Shown one piece after another: positions 24,601-31,985 of a stretch of 46,485 nucleotides of DNA; the first letter of the stretch is position 1, and every line of letters begins with the position of its first letter. Below the pieces are notes generated by a model that made no database searches, was not told the DNA's origin, and was given only the letters and a program-made list of their open reading frames with translations. The stretch covers positions 1 to 46,485 of the forward strand of contig CAYVVU010000002.1 of NCBI GenBank assembly GCA_964455305.1. Direction: 5' to 3'. The translations under genes were made by a program, and so were the position numbers. The stretch is from an uncultured Thermoplasmata archaeon. GTDB taxonomy: Archaea > Thermoplasmatota > Thermoplasmata > Thermoplasmatales > CAYVVU01.

Positions 24601-24848
24601 ACTGTAAAGAAGGGAGGTCTGGGATTTCTTGCCCCTAACGGATAGTTGAGCATGGGGTCATACCTTAGATAATGATGATTCTGAACAAAATAATCAATAA
24701 GTCTCTCATAATAATACGAGTCGGAACCCCCAGATACGGAAAAATCCTCAGTAACCGAAGGCTCCCAGGCAAAGTACGCCCTTATAAAGAGGGCTAGGGC
24801 GACGAACATAACAAGTATTCCTACAGTCTTCCAGTTTACCTTTGCCAT
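18651..24848 (-). CDS. aglB: AglB/STT3 dolichyl-(mono/di)phosphooligosaccharide-protein glycotransferase fused to a long C-terminal beta-sandwich repeat array and a second TM anchor
   Basis: Multi-TM N-domain with SGGSDSYYY and NADHDS loops. WWDYG at 23163-23177. The frame opens at 24920, but MAKVNWK at 24848 fits a TATA at 24877-24889. Confidence 0.88.
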   Translation of the reverse strand: MAKVNWKTVGILVMFVALALFIRAYFAWEPSVTEDFSVSGGSDSYYYERLIDYFVQNHHYLRYDPMLNYPLGARNPRPPFFTVSTVAMGYLAYPIFGNLHDGVYAALILSTAIWGALSVIPMYLLGKEMFNKRVGIIAAFLLAVSPAHLMRSVATNADHDSLVLFFSIWVFYFFFKAIKYGKRDMWIDNWRSWKTIKSGFCAFMQENSLALIYSALAGTSLLVIMLTWQGFPYIETILVIYIGLQLFINRFKNQSTLHLFMITLVFTLVSFGAAYPVYGPSLHWYLTPLILMLALLVLALFFEITVRYPWTFLFPLAVLAIGIGLVLIYFLLPDLFKYIVTGQGYFIKTKLYSTIAEAQPAAMGSLIISIGVGVFFLALAGLGYILWRLRKNLNEVYLFIVIYTLVSIYMAISAARFIFNAAPAFALASSFFIDYLLLKLVRVEKKPKAKKWRERIKRVFSARNVVTFTIALFVISPNVWSAVDAGIPYETKSTYDKQIYDLMPPFWKPEKRERAWYLGAFGYSIPKKTYAWSRAWEWLSEQDSNIYPEEDRPAFISWWDYGFEAIHRGKHPTVADNFQYGYQLAGQAITAQNETEVMALFAARIIEGDYKHNDNKLSATVEGIIKRYLGDDGLKEVYEIFSDPLKYKEDILKNPDKYGGPYSNDISDKNCKYVALKGLFVTLGEDGVLNLLKDLERATGYSIRYFAIDYRLFPFNARNTGIFYAPAKLSDRRILEARGMSVPIDFYEIKLVDQYGNEYSPDEFPPGSQVQDYRITYKDMFYHCMLYRIFIGYSGKDIGKGDGIPGISQSLQSEYPMQAWNLTHFKLVYRTAFWNPYKDYQNHSDAWKAIPIDKALEYQREGIGVVELNPPASQVLPNDVVIVKFYEGAIVEGYVRLEDGTPLKKVRVTLFDEYGIPHTSVLTDSNGHYRLYAIAGNGLEIKVTTGGDLDKKMLTEKTVLATWKFNVTEEQAMQLPVDKDHDGLYDYFIKKDFVIKGGGAKGAIYMDLNKNGKVDNDDVKFNGKVILKNDEYNISFEDNLTNGYYEINDLPPYRYNVSIEVFDKRYENIGNITINVGGSITKDFPLKPCTLNISIKYGGSEEEDVSVWVKGTDLDIEYHNYTDTNGTVRFYLPPGHYKVYAEKGNVISDEQSVVFDDWNQSFSLNLELNPAYKVVGKIMGVGDREVTVKIENELTHEADIFIAKNSFERTLTKGIYTVYAECFVGNEKYVFFTNVYLDENKTVDISMKKAYVFSGTVYNNKTKVPADVVIFQGSTFLREHTDDKGNFKIYLPAGQYNVGVVQFGTPYSSFFSIKINSDRNMEIQLGNNTIVHGNVLMKNESIGEGLLFVKSKSLGNCYLINTPKSGNFTVTAPRDFVIDLVSLGYETVDREGNESKYVIQVVQLPVTLKGYIMYENETYTWESVNIQFVSKENIYTTHSKDGFYTIQLPPGTYNITIFGDKRKYAPIINKITVTSGEKIRNVNLPVQVNVEVKFNTSAESINIYDATGELITTGHNITVRPGDYYIYAYSEGKVFFDELSLMENGVIDIPLVSAYRLNVQIENYTGFANVLIKGYKAIMQRGTYGSLSLFLPPGNYSLNVDMTKEEEGIKYRYYGYAEIKNLNSDETIKLRITKIRLRAKIDMKITVGGKEASFATAILQNPALEKKLVADEYGEIHDEIPPGKYSLYIYLKINNTYYAFLGKKDLIAGSNLFEIKLKKAYEMRGGVYIGNEKLNTYIHIENYDFRIPVVDGLYWIYLPVGKYNMSVSVNRYEYGLQIVYNWRGEIDIARNIIYDIYLKRDSVHDVSVEYVGEEVKADVGDWVPLIFKAINHGNDKETLEFSLTNNWNVSFIPEKLTIFPGETKYFTAMVLIPKDASLGNNTITLRVKYADKFADAHAYVNVSEYYSLTLTWKNNRTTSQYIEFGVDVKNNGNVGTTFNLTIINSEELQDKGWYTEIYFNNSKADSIDLDSGESKRIYVRIRRTIDNPARSVRILLMVYNNNVSKILEIKATYASLSIEKVDITGNVLIKPPDITAEIMSWAIASVVIVVAGVAYSIIMRRRYPT
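18801..22193 (-). repeat. protein-level tandem array inside aglB: at least 10 carboxypeptidase-regulatory-like beta-sandwich modules plus 2 CARDB/DUF11-like modules
   Basis: Recurrent module ends: PPYRYNVSIEV, PPGHYKVYAEKG, TKGIYTVYAECF, PAGQYNVGVVQ, PPGTYNITIFG, RPGDYYIYAYSEG, PPGNYSLNVDM, PPGKYSLYIYL, PVGKYNMSVSV. The modules are divergent at DNA level. Confidence 0.6.
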
Positions 24849-24876
24849 ACGAATCGCCCAGAGGCGATATATGTTC

Positions 24877-24889
24877 CCATATAAATAAC
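24877..24889 (-). promoter_or_regulatory. TATA-box candidate (GTTATTTATATGG on the minus strand) for aglB
   Basis: Lies about 35 nt upstream of the ATG at 24848. An ATCGCC-CAGA-GGCGAT inverted repeat at 24853-24868 sits between the box and the start. Confidence 0.4.
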
Positions 24890-24905
24890 TTCCTGATTTG
24901 AACCG

Positions 24906-24913
24906 TATAAATA
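24906..24913 (+). promoter_or_regulatory. TATA box (TATAAATA) for the flippase gene
   Basis: Centred about 25 nt upstream of the ATG at 24935. Confidence 0.45.
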
Positions 24914-24934
24914 GAAACATTAATTATCTTTGCT

Positions 24935-26368
24935 ATGTTTACCGTAGGTCGGATGCAAGAAAGTAGAAGGATATTCAGGGATACCTTACTCACATTGGTG
25001 GCTATGGTAATTTTTGGCTCTACAAATTTTGTATTTAATGTGGCAATAGGTAGGTTCTACGGCAGCGAAATTCTCGGCGAAATTTCTGCATCACTATCCA
25101 CCTCCCTTCTGCTTTCGTACTTCGTGGCAACAGGTTTTCCAAGAGCGTCTTCCAAATATATAAGCGAATATATTGGAAAAAACAAAGAAAATGAGGCGAA
25201 TTATATCTTTAAGCTAGCGCTAAAATATGGTGTTTTAATAAGTATTGCTATTACTGGTATTGCAATAATATTTTTAGAGAATATTGCATCCATATTTGAT
25301 GTATCCGAACACTTTTTTCTTTTGTCACTTCCCCTAATACCCCTCTACGGAATATATATGATTTTAAAAATGACATACTATGGATACAGAAGAGTAAAAA
25401 AGTATTTTAAAAATGAGATAATCTCTGACACCGTGTTTTTCGCATCTTTGGGGATTATAATTTTCTTTGAAAATATTTATCTTGTTTATACTCCATATAT
25501 ATTGCTGTATTTAATTTTCATTATTTTGAGCATTACTTTCTTCCGAAATAAATTTAAAATTGATAAAAATTTTAATAGAAAAAAATTACAGAAAAAATTT
25601 TTCATATACGCAGGCATAGCTTTTGTTGGTACCTTCTCCTCAATGGCTATGCGTAATCTGTCCATAATGATAAGTAGTATGTACCTACCCAAGAGCGATG
25701 TCGGGTTTTTGTCTGCGGCGTTATCGGTAAGTACGATATTTTTTCTTTTTCCAAATGCATTGAACCGCATTCTTTTACCCGAATTTTCATACACCTTTGG
25801 AAAAGGAGATAAAGAAAAATTGACCAAACTTCTTAACAAATCAACTGAATATGTATCGTTTTTCGTAACATTAGTAAACTCCCTTGGAATAATTTTTGCA
25901 CCAATAATTATAGATTTCTTTTATTCCAGCGAATTCGCTGATTCAGTAATTTTACTTCAAATTCTTTTATTTTCATACTGGTTCACTATGGTTGCTAGGC
26001 CGGCCGTTGCGTCACTCTCCGGCACAAAATATGTTCACATTTCAAATTCAGGAGGTGTTCTGGGATTATTTACTGCAATCTGTGGATGGATATTTTTAAT
26101 TCCAACATACGGTATAATTGGAACCGCTATCGGATATCTTCTGGGTATTGTTGTAAATACACTCGTGATTGTTATTTTTGCGCATAAGTATTATAGATTT
26201 GAAATCTGGATTTTGTGCAAACACTTTATTTTAATATCATTTATTCTACTTATTATTCTACTACATTTAACTGTAATATTTGCCCTATGTTTGATATGTA
26301 TATATATCATCGCTGGTAGAAAAGTTGTAATTAGCTTTTTAAAATACTTTAAGCATACTGATAACTAA
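24935..26368 (+). CDS. MOP-superfamily polysaccharide/oligosaccharide flippase (Wzx/AglR-like)
   Basis: 477 aa with about 12-14 TM segments and a polysaccharide-biosynthesis-protein-like N-terminus. It lies in a glycosylation context, divergent from aglB. Confidence 0.65.
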   Translation: MFTVGRMQESRRIFRDTLLTLVAMVIFGSTNFVFNVAIGRFYGSEILGEISASLSTSLLLSYFVATGFPRASSKYISEYIGKNKENEANYIFKLALKYGVLISIAITGIAIIFLENIASIFDVSEHFFLLSLPLIPLYGIYMILKMTYYGYRRVKKYFKNEIISDTVFFASLGIIIFFENIYLVYTPYILLYLIFIILSITFFRNKFKIDKNFNRKKLQKKFFIYAGIAFVGTFSSMAMRNLSIMISSMYLPKSDVGFLSAALSVSTIFFLFPNALNRILLPEFSYTFGKGDKEKLTKLLNKSTEYVSFFVTLVNSLGIIFAPIIIDFFYSSEFADSVILLQILLFSYWFTMVARPAVASLSGTKYVHISNSGGVLGLFTAICGWIFLIPTYGIIGTAIGYLLGIVVNTLVIVIFAHKYYRFEIWILCKHFILISFILLIILLHLTVIFALCLICIYIIAGRKVVISFLKYFKHTDN

Positions 26369-28200
26369 TACTCAATATAATAAAGACTCATATCGCTGGT
26401 TGAATATATCTTCCAGCAATAATTATCAAAATCAATATATTCTAAATTCATGTAAACACGAGGCTTTTTATTTGAATAAATATAACTGATGCCCCTAATT
26501 TTGGCAATATCAAGCACTCTTGTTTGCGGTATAGTTCCAAACCAAGGGTAGATGTTCATATATCTCAAAGAATCATAAAAGTTTCCTAATGCATTATCAT
26601 GTTTTTCACCAACAATTTTTGGATATGAAGGAATAGCGTTTTTTATATATGTGAAACACTCTATATGTTTATTTGTATACTGTGGTTCCTTTGAAACAAT
26701 AGAGTAACTAACAAAAATTGATCCGTTCAATAACAATAAAACAATGAATATGGTTTTAAGAAGCATTTTATACTTTTTGGGTATAGGTGTTGAAAAAAAC
26801 ACGATAATGGCCAATGCTATTAATATATAAACAAATGGAGCCAGATAGAAATATAATCGCTCTGCGACTGTTGTGTAACTCCAATATATTTGAGTTAATA
26901 TGATAACCGGTAAAATAAAAATCACCACAAAGCTGAACAGTTCTATGTGTTTATATTTTGAACCAATATTTCTTAATGTTACATATAAAGATGGAATTAG
27001 AAGTATTAATGCAATGATATTCCAATGCCATAAGTAAAATACTTGTTTTATAATCCTTGCAGTACTATTAGTATAGGTTTCTGCAGATAAAACCTGCCAT
27101 AGTTTTATAAAATATTCAAAAATATTGCCACTAAAATTTATCATTAATTGTTCACCTAAATATATCAAACTTCCAAGCAGGGATATAGGAATTATAAGAG
27201 CAAGCACTATAAATAAAAATTTGTTTATACTTATAAATGGTTTAATTATTGGTAAATCATTTTTTTTATACTTTATACACAAAATCGTTATAAATATAAC
27301 TAAAATATTAATACCTACAAGCCCAATCAAATATGTAGAATAATTTATGCTTGATATAATTTCTATTAAAAATTCAGGTAAAGAGCCTTGCCTTACATCT
27401 CTAATTGAGAAACCAAACAATAAGATATTCTCAAGTTTTATATTTGACCAGTAAACATAAGCAATATCCCATCCAAATATGAACGATGCAATGTAGGGTA
27501 TAGTCATATTCTTCCATAAATGAAAATTCCTCTTAATTATAAAATATAGAGTTGAGTATAAAATAAGAGTTATACCAAACAAAAACACAAAAATCAGACC
27601 TGGTCTATGTGTGATAAATATCGCGCCAAACATTGTTGACGAAATAATAAACTTTTTATATAAAGTCTTAATAGAAATTAGAGTTATTATTATTGACAAA
27701 AAGAAGATGAAATCTAAGTTAGCGTAATGGGAATGTAAAGGACCTTGATTTATTGGTCCAGTTAAATAAGTTGCCATTAAAAAAGAAGATAAAATTGCAC
27801 CTTTCTTATTTTTTAAGAGTGTTTTATATGATAAAAGAAAAACTAATAATATATCCAAGAAGTAATATAAAACCGAAAAAAATCCTACATAATATAAGGA
27901 TATATTCCCAAGCAATGAAAATTCTGCTGCCAAAATAGGAAATCCTACCGGTTTTGGATCATATATCCATTCTGTTGTCCATGGAAAAAAATTTATTTGT
28001 TCTACTTTGTGCTCATTTATAAATCTTTGTGATTGTATTAAATTTGGAACAATATCCCATGATATTATTGACTGTATTGGATATGAGCCAAGCCTAATGT
28101 AGGTTGTTACTGTGATAGAAAATAAAATTATAAATGCTAGAGCAAAATAAACGATGCGCTTTTTAGATGACTGGTAATACATATATCTTAAATGTCTCAT
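26365..28200 (-). CDS. 611-aa polytopic membrane protein of unknown family (possible GT-C-type glycosyltransferase or polymerase)
   Basis: At least 12 hydrophobic helices followed by a C-terminal soluble domain of about 110 aa. I recognise no motif. The functional guess rests on context only. Confidence 0.35.
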   Translation of the reverse strand: MRHLRYMYYQSSKKRIVYFALAFIILFSITVTTYIRLGSYPIQSIISWDIVPNLIQSQRFINEHKVEQINFFPWTTEWIYDPKPVGFPILAAEFSLLGNISLYYVGFFSVLYYFLDILLVFLLSYKTLLKNKKGAILSSFLMATYLTGPINQGPLHSHYANLDFIFFLSIIITLISIKTLYKKFIISSTMFGAIFITHRPGLIFVFLFGITLILYSTLYFIIKRNFHLWKNMTIPYIASFIFGWDIAYVYWSNIKLENILLFGFSIRDVRQGSLPEFLIEIISSINYSTYLIGLVGINILVIFITILCIKYKKNDLPIIKPFISINKFLFIVLALIIPISLLGSLIYLGEQLMINFSGNIFEYFIKLWQVLSAETYTNSTARIIKQVFYLWHWNIIALILLIPSLYVTLRNIGSKYKHIELFSFVVIFILPVIILTQIYWSYTTVAERLYFYLAPFVYILIALAIIVFFSTPIPKKYKMLLKTIFIVLLLLNGSIFVSYSIVSKEPQYTNKHIECFTYIKNAIPSYPKIVGEKHDNALGNFYDSLRYMNIYPWFGTIPQTRVLDIAKIRGISYIYSNKKPRVYMNLEYIDFDNYCWKIYSTSDMSLYYIEY

Positions 28201-28343
28201 TGTGATTTGTGGTATTACTATTCATGTATAAATAATTTACTCATAAAACTCAAACTCTAATTTTTTTAATATAGATAAATTGCATAGTTCTTGGCTCACA
28301 CAAGGCTCGTAAGTTTTTTATTGCAAAATATCATTCTCATCTG

Positions 28344-29714
28344 ATGTCTTTAAAAATGGATTATCCAAATATTGTATTCATAGTGGTTGATTCATTACGA
28401 AAAGATTACGCTAAACCGCTGGAGAGAGAACTAAAGAAGTTAGGATTTATTTCCTATGAGAACGCTATTGCTCCTGCTTCTTGGACTCTTCCTAGTCATG
28501 CTTCTATGTTAACAGGGCTTTATACTTTAGTTCATAGAGCCCATGAAACAAAGACAAAAAAATGCCATGAAATAAAGCTTTCAGCCAACGAAATGCTTTT
28601 AACATATGAACTAAAAAGCAAATACAATTATACCAATTATCTACTTACGCCAAATATGTTCTTATCCCCTTACTTTGGATTTAAAGGGTTCGATAAATAT
28701 TTAATTATTCCTACTCAAAATCGCCTCCTCTCACAGAAAGAGTTGGACTATATCAAAAAGCTTCTATTATCGAAGAAAAGCAAAATGCGAGTAAGTCTAA
28801 AACTCATTAAAGATAAAAAATTTATACTTCTTTCCAAGGCAATATTAACATACTTTAAAAATAGGATTGATCCTATATTAGGTCTAAGCGATTGGCCATT
28901 AGATAAAGGAATTAAAAATGCTCTCAAAATTGTCAAATCGATGAATTTTAATAAACCTGCTTTTGTATTTATGAATATAATGGAAGTACATCAACCTTAT
29001 ACTCTAAAGGAACCATCCTCCGTTAAATTATATTGGGAAAACTTTAGAACTAACAAACTAAATATGGAGATCGTAAAAAAATGGAGAGAAAACTATCCAA
29101 AAGAAGTTGACTATGTAACTAAAAAGATTATAGAATTGATGGTTATATTTAAAGAAAAAGGGATGTTTGATAATTCTTTGATTATTATCACCAGTGATCA
29201 CGGTCAATTATTGGGAGAACATGGAAGAATAGGCCATGGTACATTTTTATATGATGAACTTTTAAGAGTTCCCCTTCTTATAAAATATCCAAAAAACTAT
29301 GGAATTAGGCATGAAATACCAAAAGAAACTAAGTACATATCTCTTACGAAATTAAAACCATATATATTGGGCATACTTGATGGCAAAATAGTTTCTGATA
29401 GTGTTTTATATGAGGATATTGTATTTTCAGAGTCTTATGGAATACCAGAACCAAAACCAAAAGATATAATTAAACAATCTGATTTAACAGAGCAAGAAAA
29501 GCAGAATATTGAAAAACTCGAAAAATACCGCATTACAATCTATTATAGGAATTTCAAGGGAATCTTTAATGTAACTGACTGGAAATTTGAAGAAATAATT
29601 TCATATAATCCAAAGATTGAGATCACAAAAGATATTGTAGAGCTTATGAAAAAGGAAATTATGAAATTCCTAAAGACTGCTACTATTACTAAAGTTTCTA
29701 AAATAAAGCTATAA
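28344..29714 (+). CDS. alkaline-phosphatase-superfamily 'sulfatase'-fold protein with a Thr/His variant of the C-x-P-x-R signature
   Basis: IVFIVVDSLRKDY (metal Asp), WTLPSHASMLTG in place of C/S-x-P-x-R-x-x-x-L-T-G, and SDHGQLLGEHGRIGHG. No signal peptide or TM segment. An alternative ATG lies at 28356. Confidence 0.7.
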   Translation: MSLKMDYPNIVFIVVDSLRKDYAKPLERELKKLGFISYENAIAPASWTLPSHASMLTGLYTLVHRAHETKTKKCHEIKLSANEMLLTYELKSKYNYTNYLLTPNMFLSPYFGFKGFDKYLIIPTQNRLLSQKELDYIKKLLLSKKSKMRVSLKLIKDKKFILLSKAILTYFKNRIDPILGLSDWPLDKGIKNALKIVKSMNFNKPAFVFMNIMEVHQPYTLKEPSSVKLYWENFRTNKLNMEIVKKWRENYPKEVDYVTKKIIELMVIFKEKGMFDNSLIIITSDHGQLLGEHGRIGHGTFLYDELLRVPLLIKYPKNYGIRHEIPKETKYISLTKLKPYILGILDGKIVSDSVLYEDIVFSESYGIPEPKPKDIIKQSDLTEQEKQNIEKLEKYRITIYYRNFKGIFNVTDWKFEEIISYNPKIEITKDIVELMKKEIMKFLKTATITKVSKIKL

Positions 29715-29749
29715 AAACTTTTTAAAACAGAAATTTAGGATTAACATAT

Positions 29750-30952
29750 TTATTTGCATATAATTTGATATATTTCTATAATTTTATAAGCTATATTTTC
29801 CCAAGTAAATTGTTTTGCATATTCTATAATTTTTTTTCTATCCCAATCTTTTTCTAATGCTTCTAAAATTTTTTCTGCTAAGCATTCCGGGTCTTTTGAC
29901 GGACAGAGGAAACCATAATCTTCAGAGTTTATTATTTCTGGAGTGCCGCCAACCGCCGTACCAACAAAAGGTAAACCAACGCCTAGCGCCTCAAACATTA
30001 CTGTAGGATTACCTTCACTCAAACTTGGCAGAACAAAAAGGTCGGCGGCGTTCATCCAGTATTTCAACTTCTCATCTGGAACAAAACCAAGCAACTTAAC
30101 ATGTTCTTGAAGGCCGAGTTCGTTTATTTGCTTTTGAAGTCTGTCTTTAAAGGGGCCATTACCACCTATGTAGCACATAACATCATCTCGCTCCTTAAGA
30201 ACCAATGAAATAGCATCAATAAGGTATTGAAAGCCCTTCCTTTCAACTAGGTGACCTAAACTAAATATTACTTTATATCTTGAAGGAATCTCTAAGAATG
30301 CCCTCGCTTCTTCTTTATTCATAATGGGCAATCTTTTGGGATCAAAGCCGTTAGGAATATGGAACACCCTAGAATTGAACTTCTTAAGTAAGGGTATATC
30401 TCCTTTATTAACTCTTATCAGGGCATCAGCATTTCTCCAAGTCCAATATACCTTCTCGTTCTTGGAGTTGTACTCTTCCAAGAACCAATCCCTATTCTCA
30501 TGAATAGTTATTATGGATGGAACACCGTACTTCTTGGCCAACTTTACCGCAGCGTATCCACTTGGCCATGTAAAATGGGCATGTATAATGTCTGGTTTAA
30601 ATTTTATTTTTTCTAGTATCTTTATGCTTTTTTTAAATGCCATTTCACCCCATTTTCTCTTATGAAAATCAAAAGGCAAAACAAGATCTTTTGTATAGTA
30701 TACTTCAACATTATCATAAGAATAATCTTTCATTAGTGCCTCATGTCTTCTTTTTGGCTGCATGAATTTTGAAATAAATTTGGGTATATATGGAGATGTT
30801 GCAATAACAATAACTCTATTAAAATATTTCTTAACTTCATCAACTTGTTCTTTGACAAAAACATTCCGCGGAAAACCCTCTTTCGGAGGAAATCTTGGAG
30901 AAATCACCAGAAGATTTTTATCTTTAAAGTAATTATAATCAATGTTATACAT
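29750..30952 (-). CDS. GT-B fold glycosyltransferase, family 4
   Basis: EGNPTVMFEALGVGLPFVGTAVGGTPEII E-x7-E region. The gene overlaps the upstream sulfotransferase gene by 8 nt and has its own SD. Confidence 0.8.
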   Translation of the reverse strand: MYNIDYNYFKDKNLLVISPRFPPKEGFPRNVFVKEQVDEVKKYFNRVIVIATSPYIPKFISKFMQPKRRHEALMKDYSYDNVEVYYTKDLVLPFDFHKRKWGEMAFKKSIKILEKIKFKPDIIHAHFTWPSGYAAVKLAKKYGVPSIITIHENRDWFLEEYNSKNEKVYWTWRNADALIRVNKGDIPLLKKFNSRVFHIPNGFDPKRLPIMNKEEARAFLEIPSRYKVIFSLGHLVERKGFQYLIDAISLVLKERDDVMCYIGGNGPFKDRLQKQINELGLQEHVKLLGFVPDEKLKYWMNAADLFVLPSLSEGNPTVMFEALGVGLPFVGTAVGGTPEIINSEDYGFLCPSKDPECLAEKILEALEKDWDRKKIIEYAKQFTWENIAYKIIEIYQIICK

Positions 30953-31982
30953 ACCTATACCTCTCTAGATATGCACCCAAATATGTATCTATAATTTCAA
31001 TATCTTTTTTATTCAATTCTCTTTTCCATCTTCCGGAATGGCTTTTGCTCAGGTCTACCTTCAGCATATTATCATCAAAATCAATGTTCAAAAATTTGCA
31101 AATTTTTTCAAGAGTATTTTCCGTGTTTGTAACCAAATCTTCCAGAGAAATTTCTATATATTTTTCTTTGGGTATCTTTTCTTTCTCAGCATCCCATTTT
31201 TCCAGAATTTGTTTTATTGAATAAACAGCGTCTTCCGTTGTTTTTGCACCCCAGCTCTTAGTTTTATACGAGCAAACAACATCTCTGAAATCCCGATAAA
31301 TGTGTATTATTTTTGCTTCAGGAAACATTTTGATAAGTGTGGATGCAAAGAGTATGTTTGGAGGAGTATGATCTGCCCAGATGTGCTTTTTATATTTATG
31401 TAATGGTTGTGATAGTAGTTCATCAACAAAATCGCCGGTAATCTTGAATATTTCTTCTTTTGCAAATCTTCTTGTAACAAAAATCTTTGGCTTTAAAGTA
31501 AGAGATTCTGTTCCAGTCCAATGACCTGAAAATTCTTTGATCACTATTTTGTCCAAGAATTTGTTTATTATTTTAAAATAATCTTCCCTCTCAATAAACA
31601 CGGAAATTGGTGGTTTTGTGTTAGTGTAATAGCTTTCATTTCGCCAATGTCCGGCCATTGTGTATGTATATTTGAATGGTGATATTAGATTTATCATTTT
31701 TGTTTTCTTTAGAAAATGGAAAAAGCCAGCTTTTAAAATATAAACGGGCAAAGGTGGATACAAAAGATTCATGAATTCAATGAACTTCTTAACAGCATAA
31801 TCTCCGCGGTGGGGCGTCCATTTATCGGATAGATTCTCGCATAGATCAATAGCGCCATTAGGGTCCACGATGAATCTGGTCTCAAATGGATAAACAAATA
31901 TATCTCTATGATAGGATAAAACCCTGCCAAGGATCGTTGTACCGCTTCTTCCGGTTCCTCCTATGAATATAGGACCAGCCAT
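30945..31982 (-). CDS. PAPS-dependent sulfotransferase-family protein
   Basis: 5'-PSB loop FIGGTGRSGTTILG and 3'-PB motif IIHIYRDFRDVVCSY. AGGTGGT SD 5 nt upstream. The start lies 3 nt after the dehydrogenase stop. Confidence 0.75.
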   Translation of the reverse strand: MAGPIFIGGTGRSGTTILGRVLSYHRDIFVYPFETRFIVDPNGAIDLCENLSDKWTPHRGDYAVKKFIEFMNLLYPPLPVYILKAGFFHFLKKTKMINLISPFKYTYTMAGHWRNESYYTNTKPPISVFIEREDYFKIINKFLDKIVIKEFSGHWTGTESLTLKPKIFVTRRFAKEEIFKITGDFVDELLSQPLHKYKKHIWADHTPPNILFASTLIKMFPEAKIIHIYRDFRDVVCSYKTKSWGAKTTEDAVYSIKQILEKWDAEKEKIPKEKYIEISLEDLVTNTENTLEKICKFLNIDFDDNMLKVDLSKSHSGRWKRELNKKDIEIIDTYLGAYLERYRYV

Positions 31983-31985
31983 GTA

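Noticed and set aside
24849-24920. 24-codon N-terminal extension of aglB (MFLFIRFKSGSYLYGNIYRLWAIR)
   Set aside because: It would overlap the TATA-like element and leave only 14 nt to the divergent flippase start. MAKVNWK followed by a TM helix is a typical AglB N-terminus.
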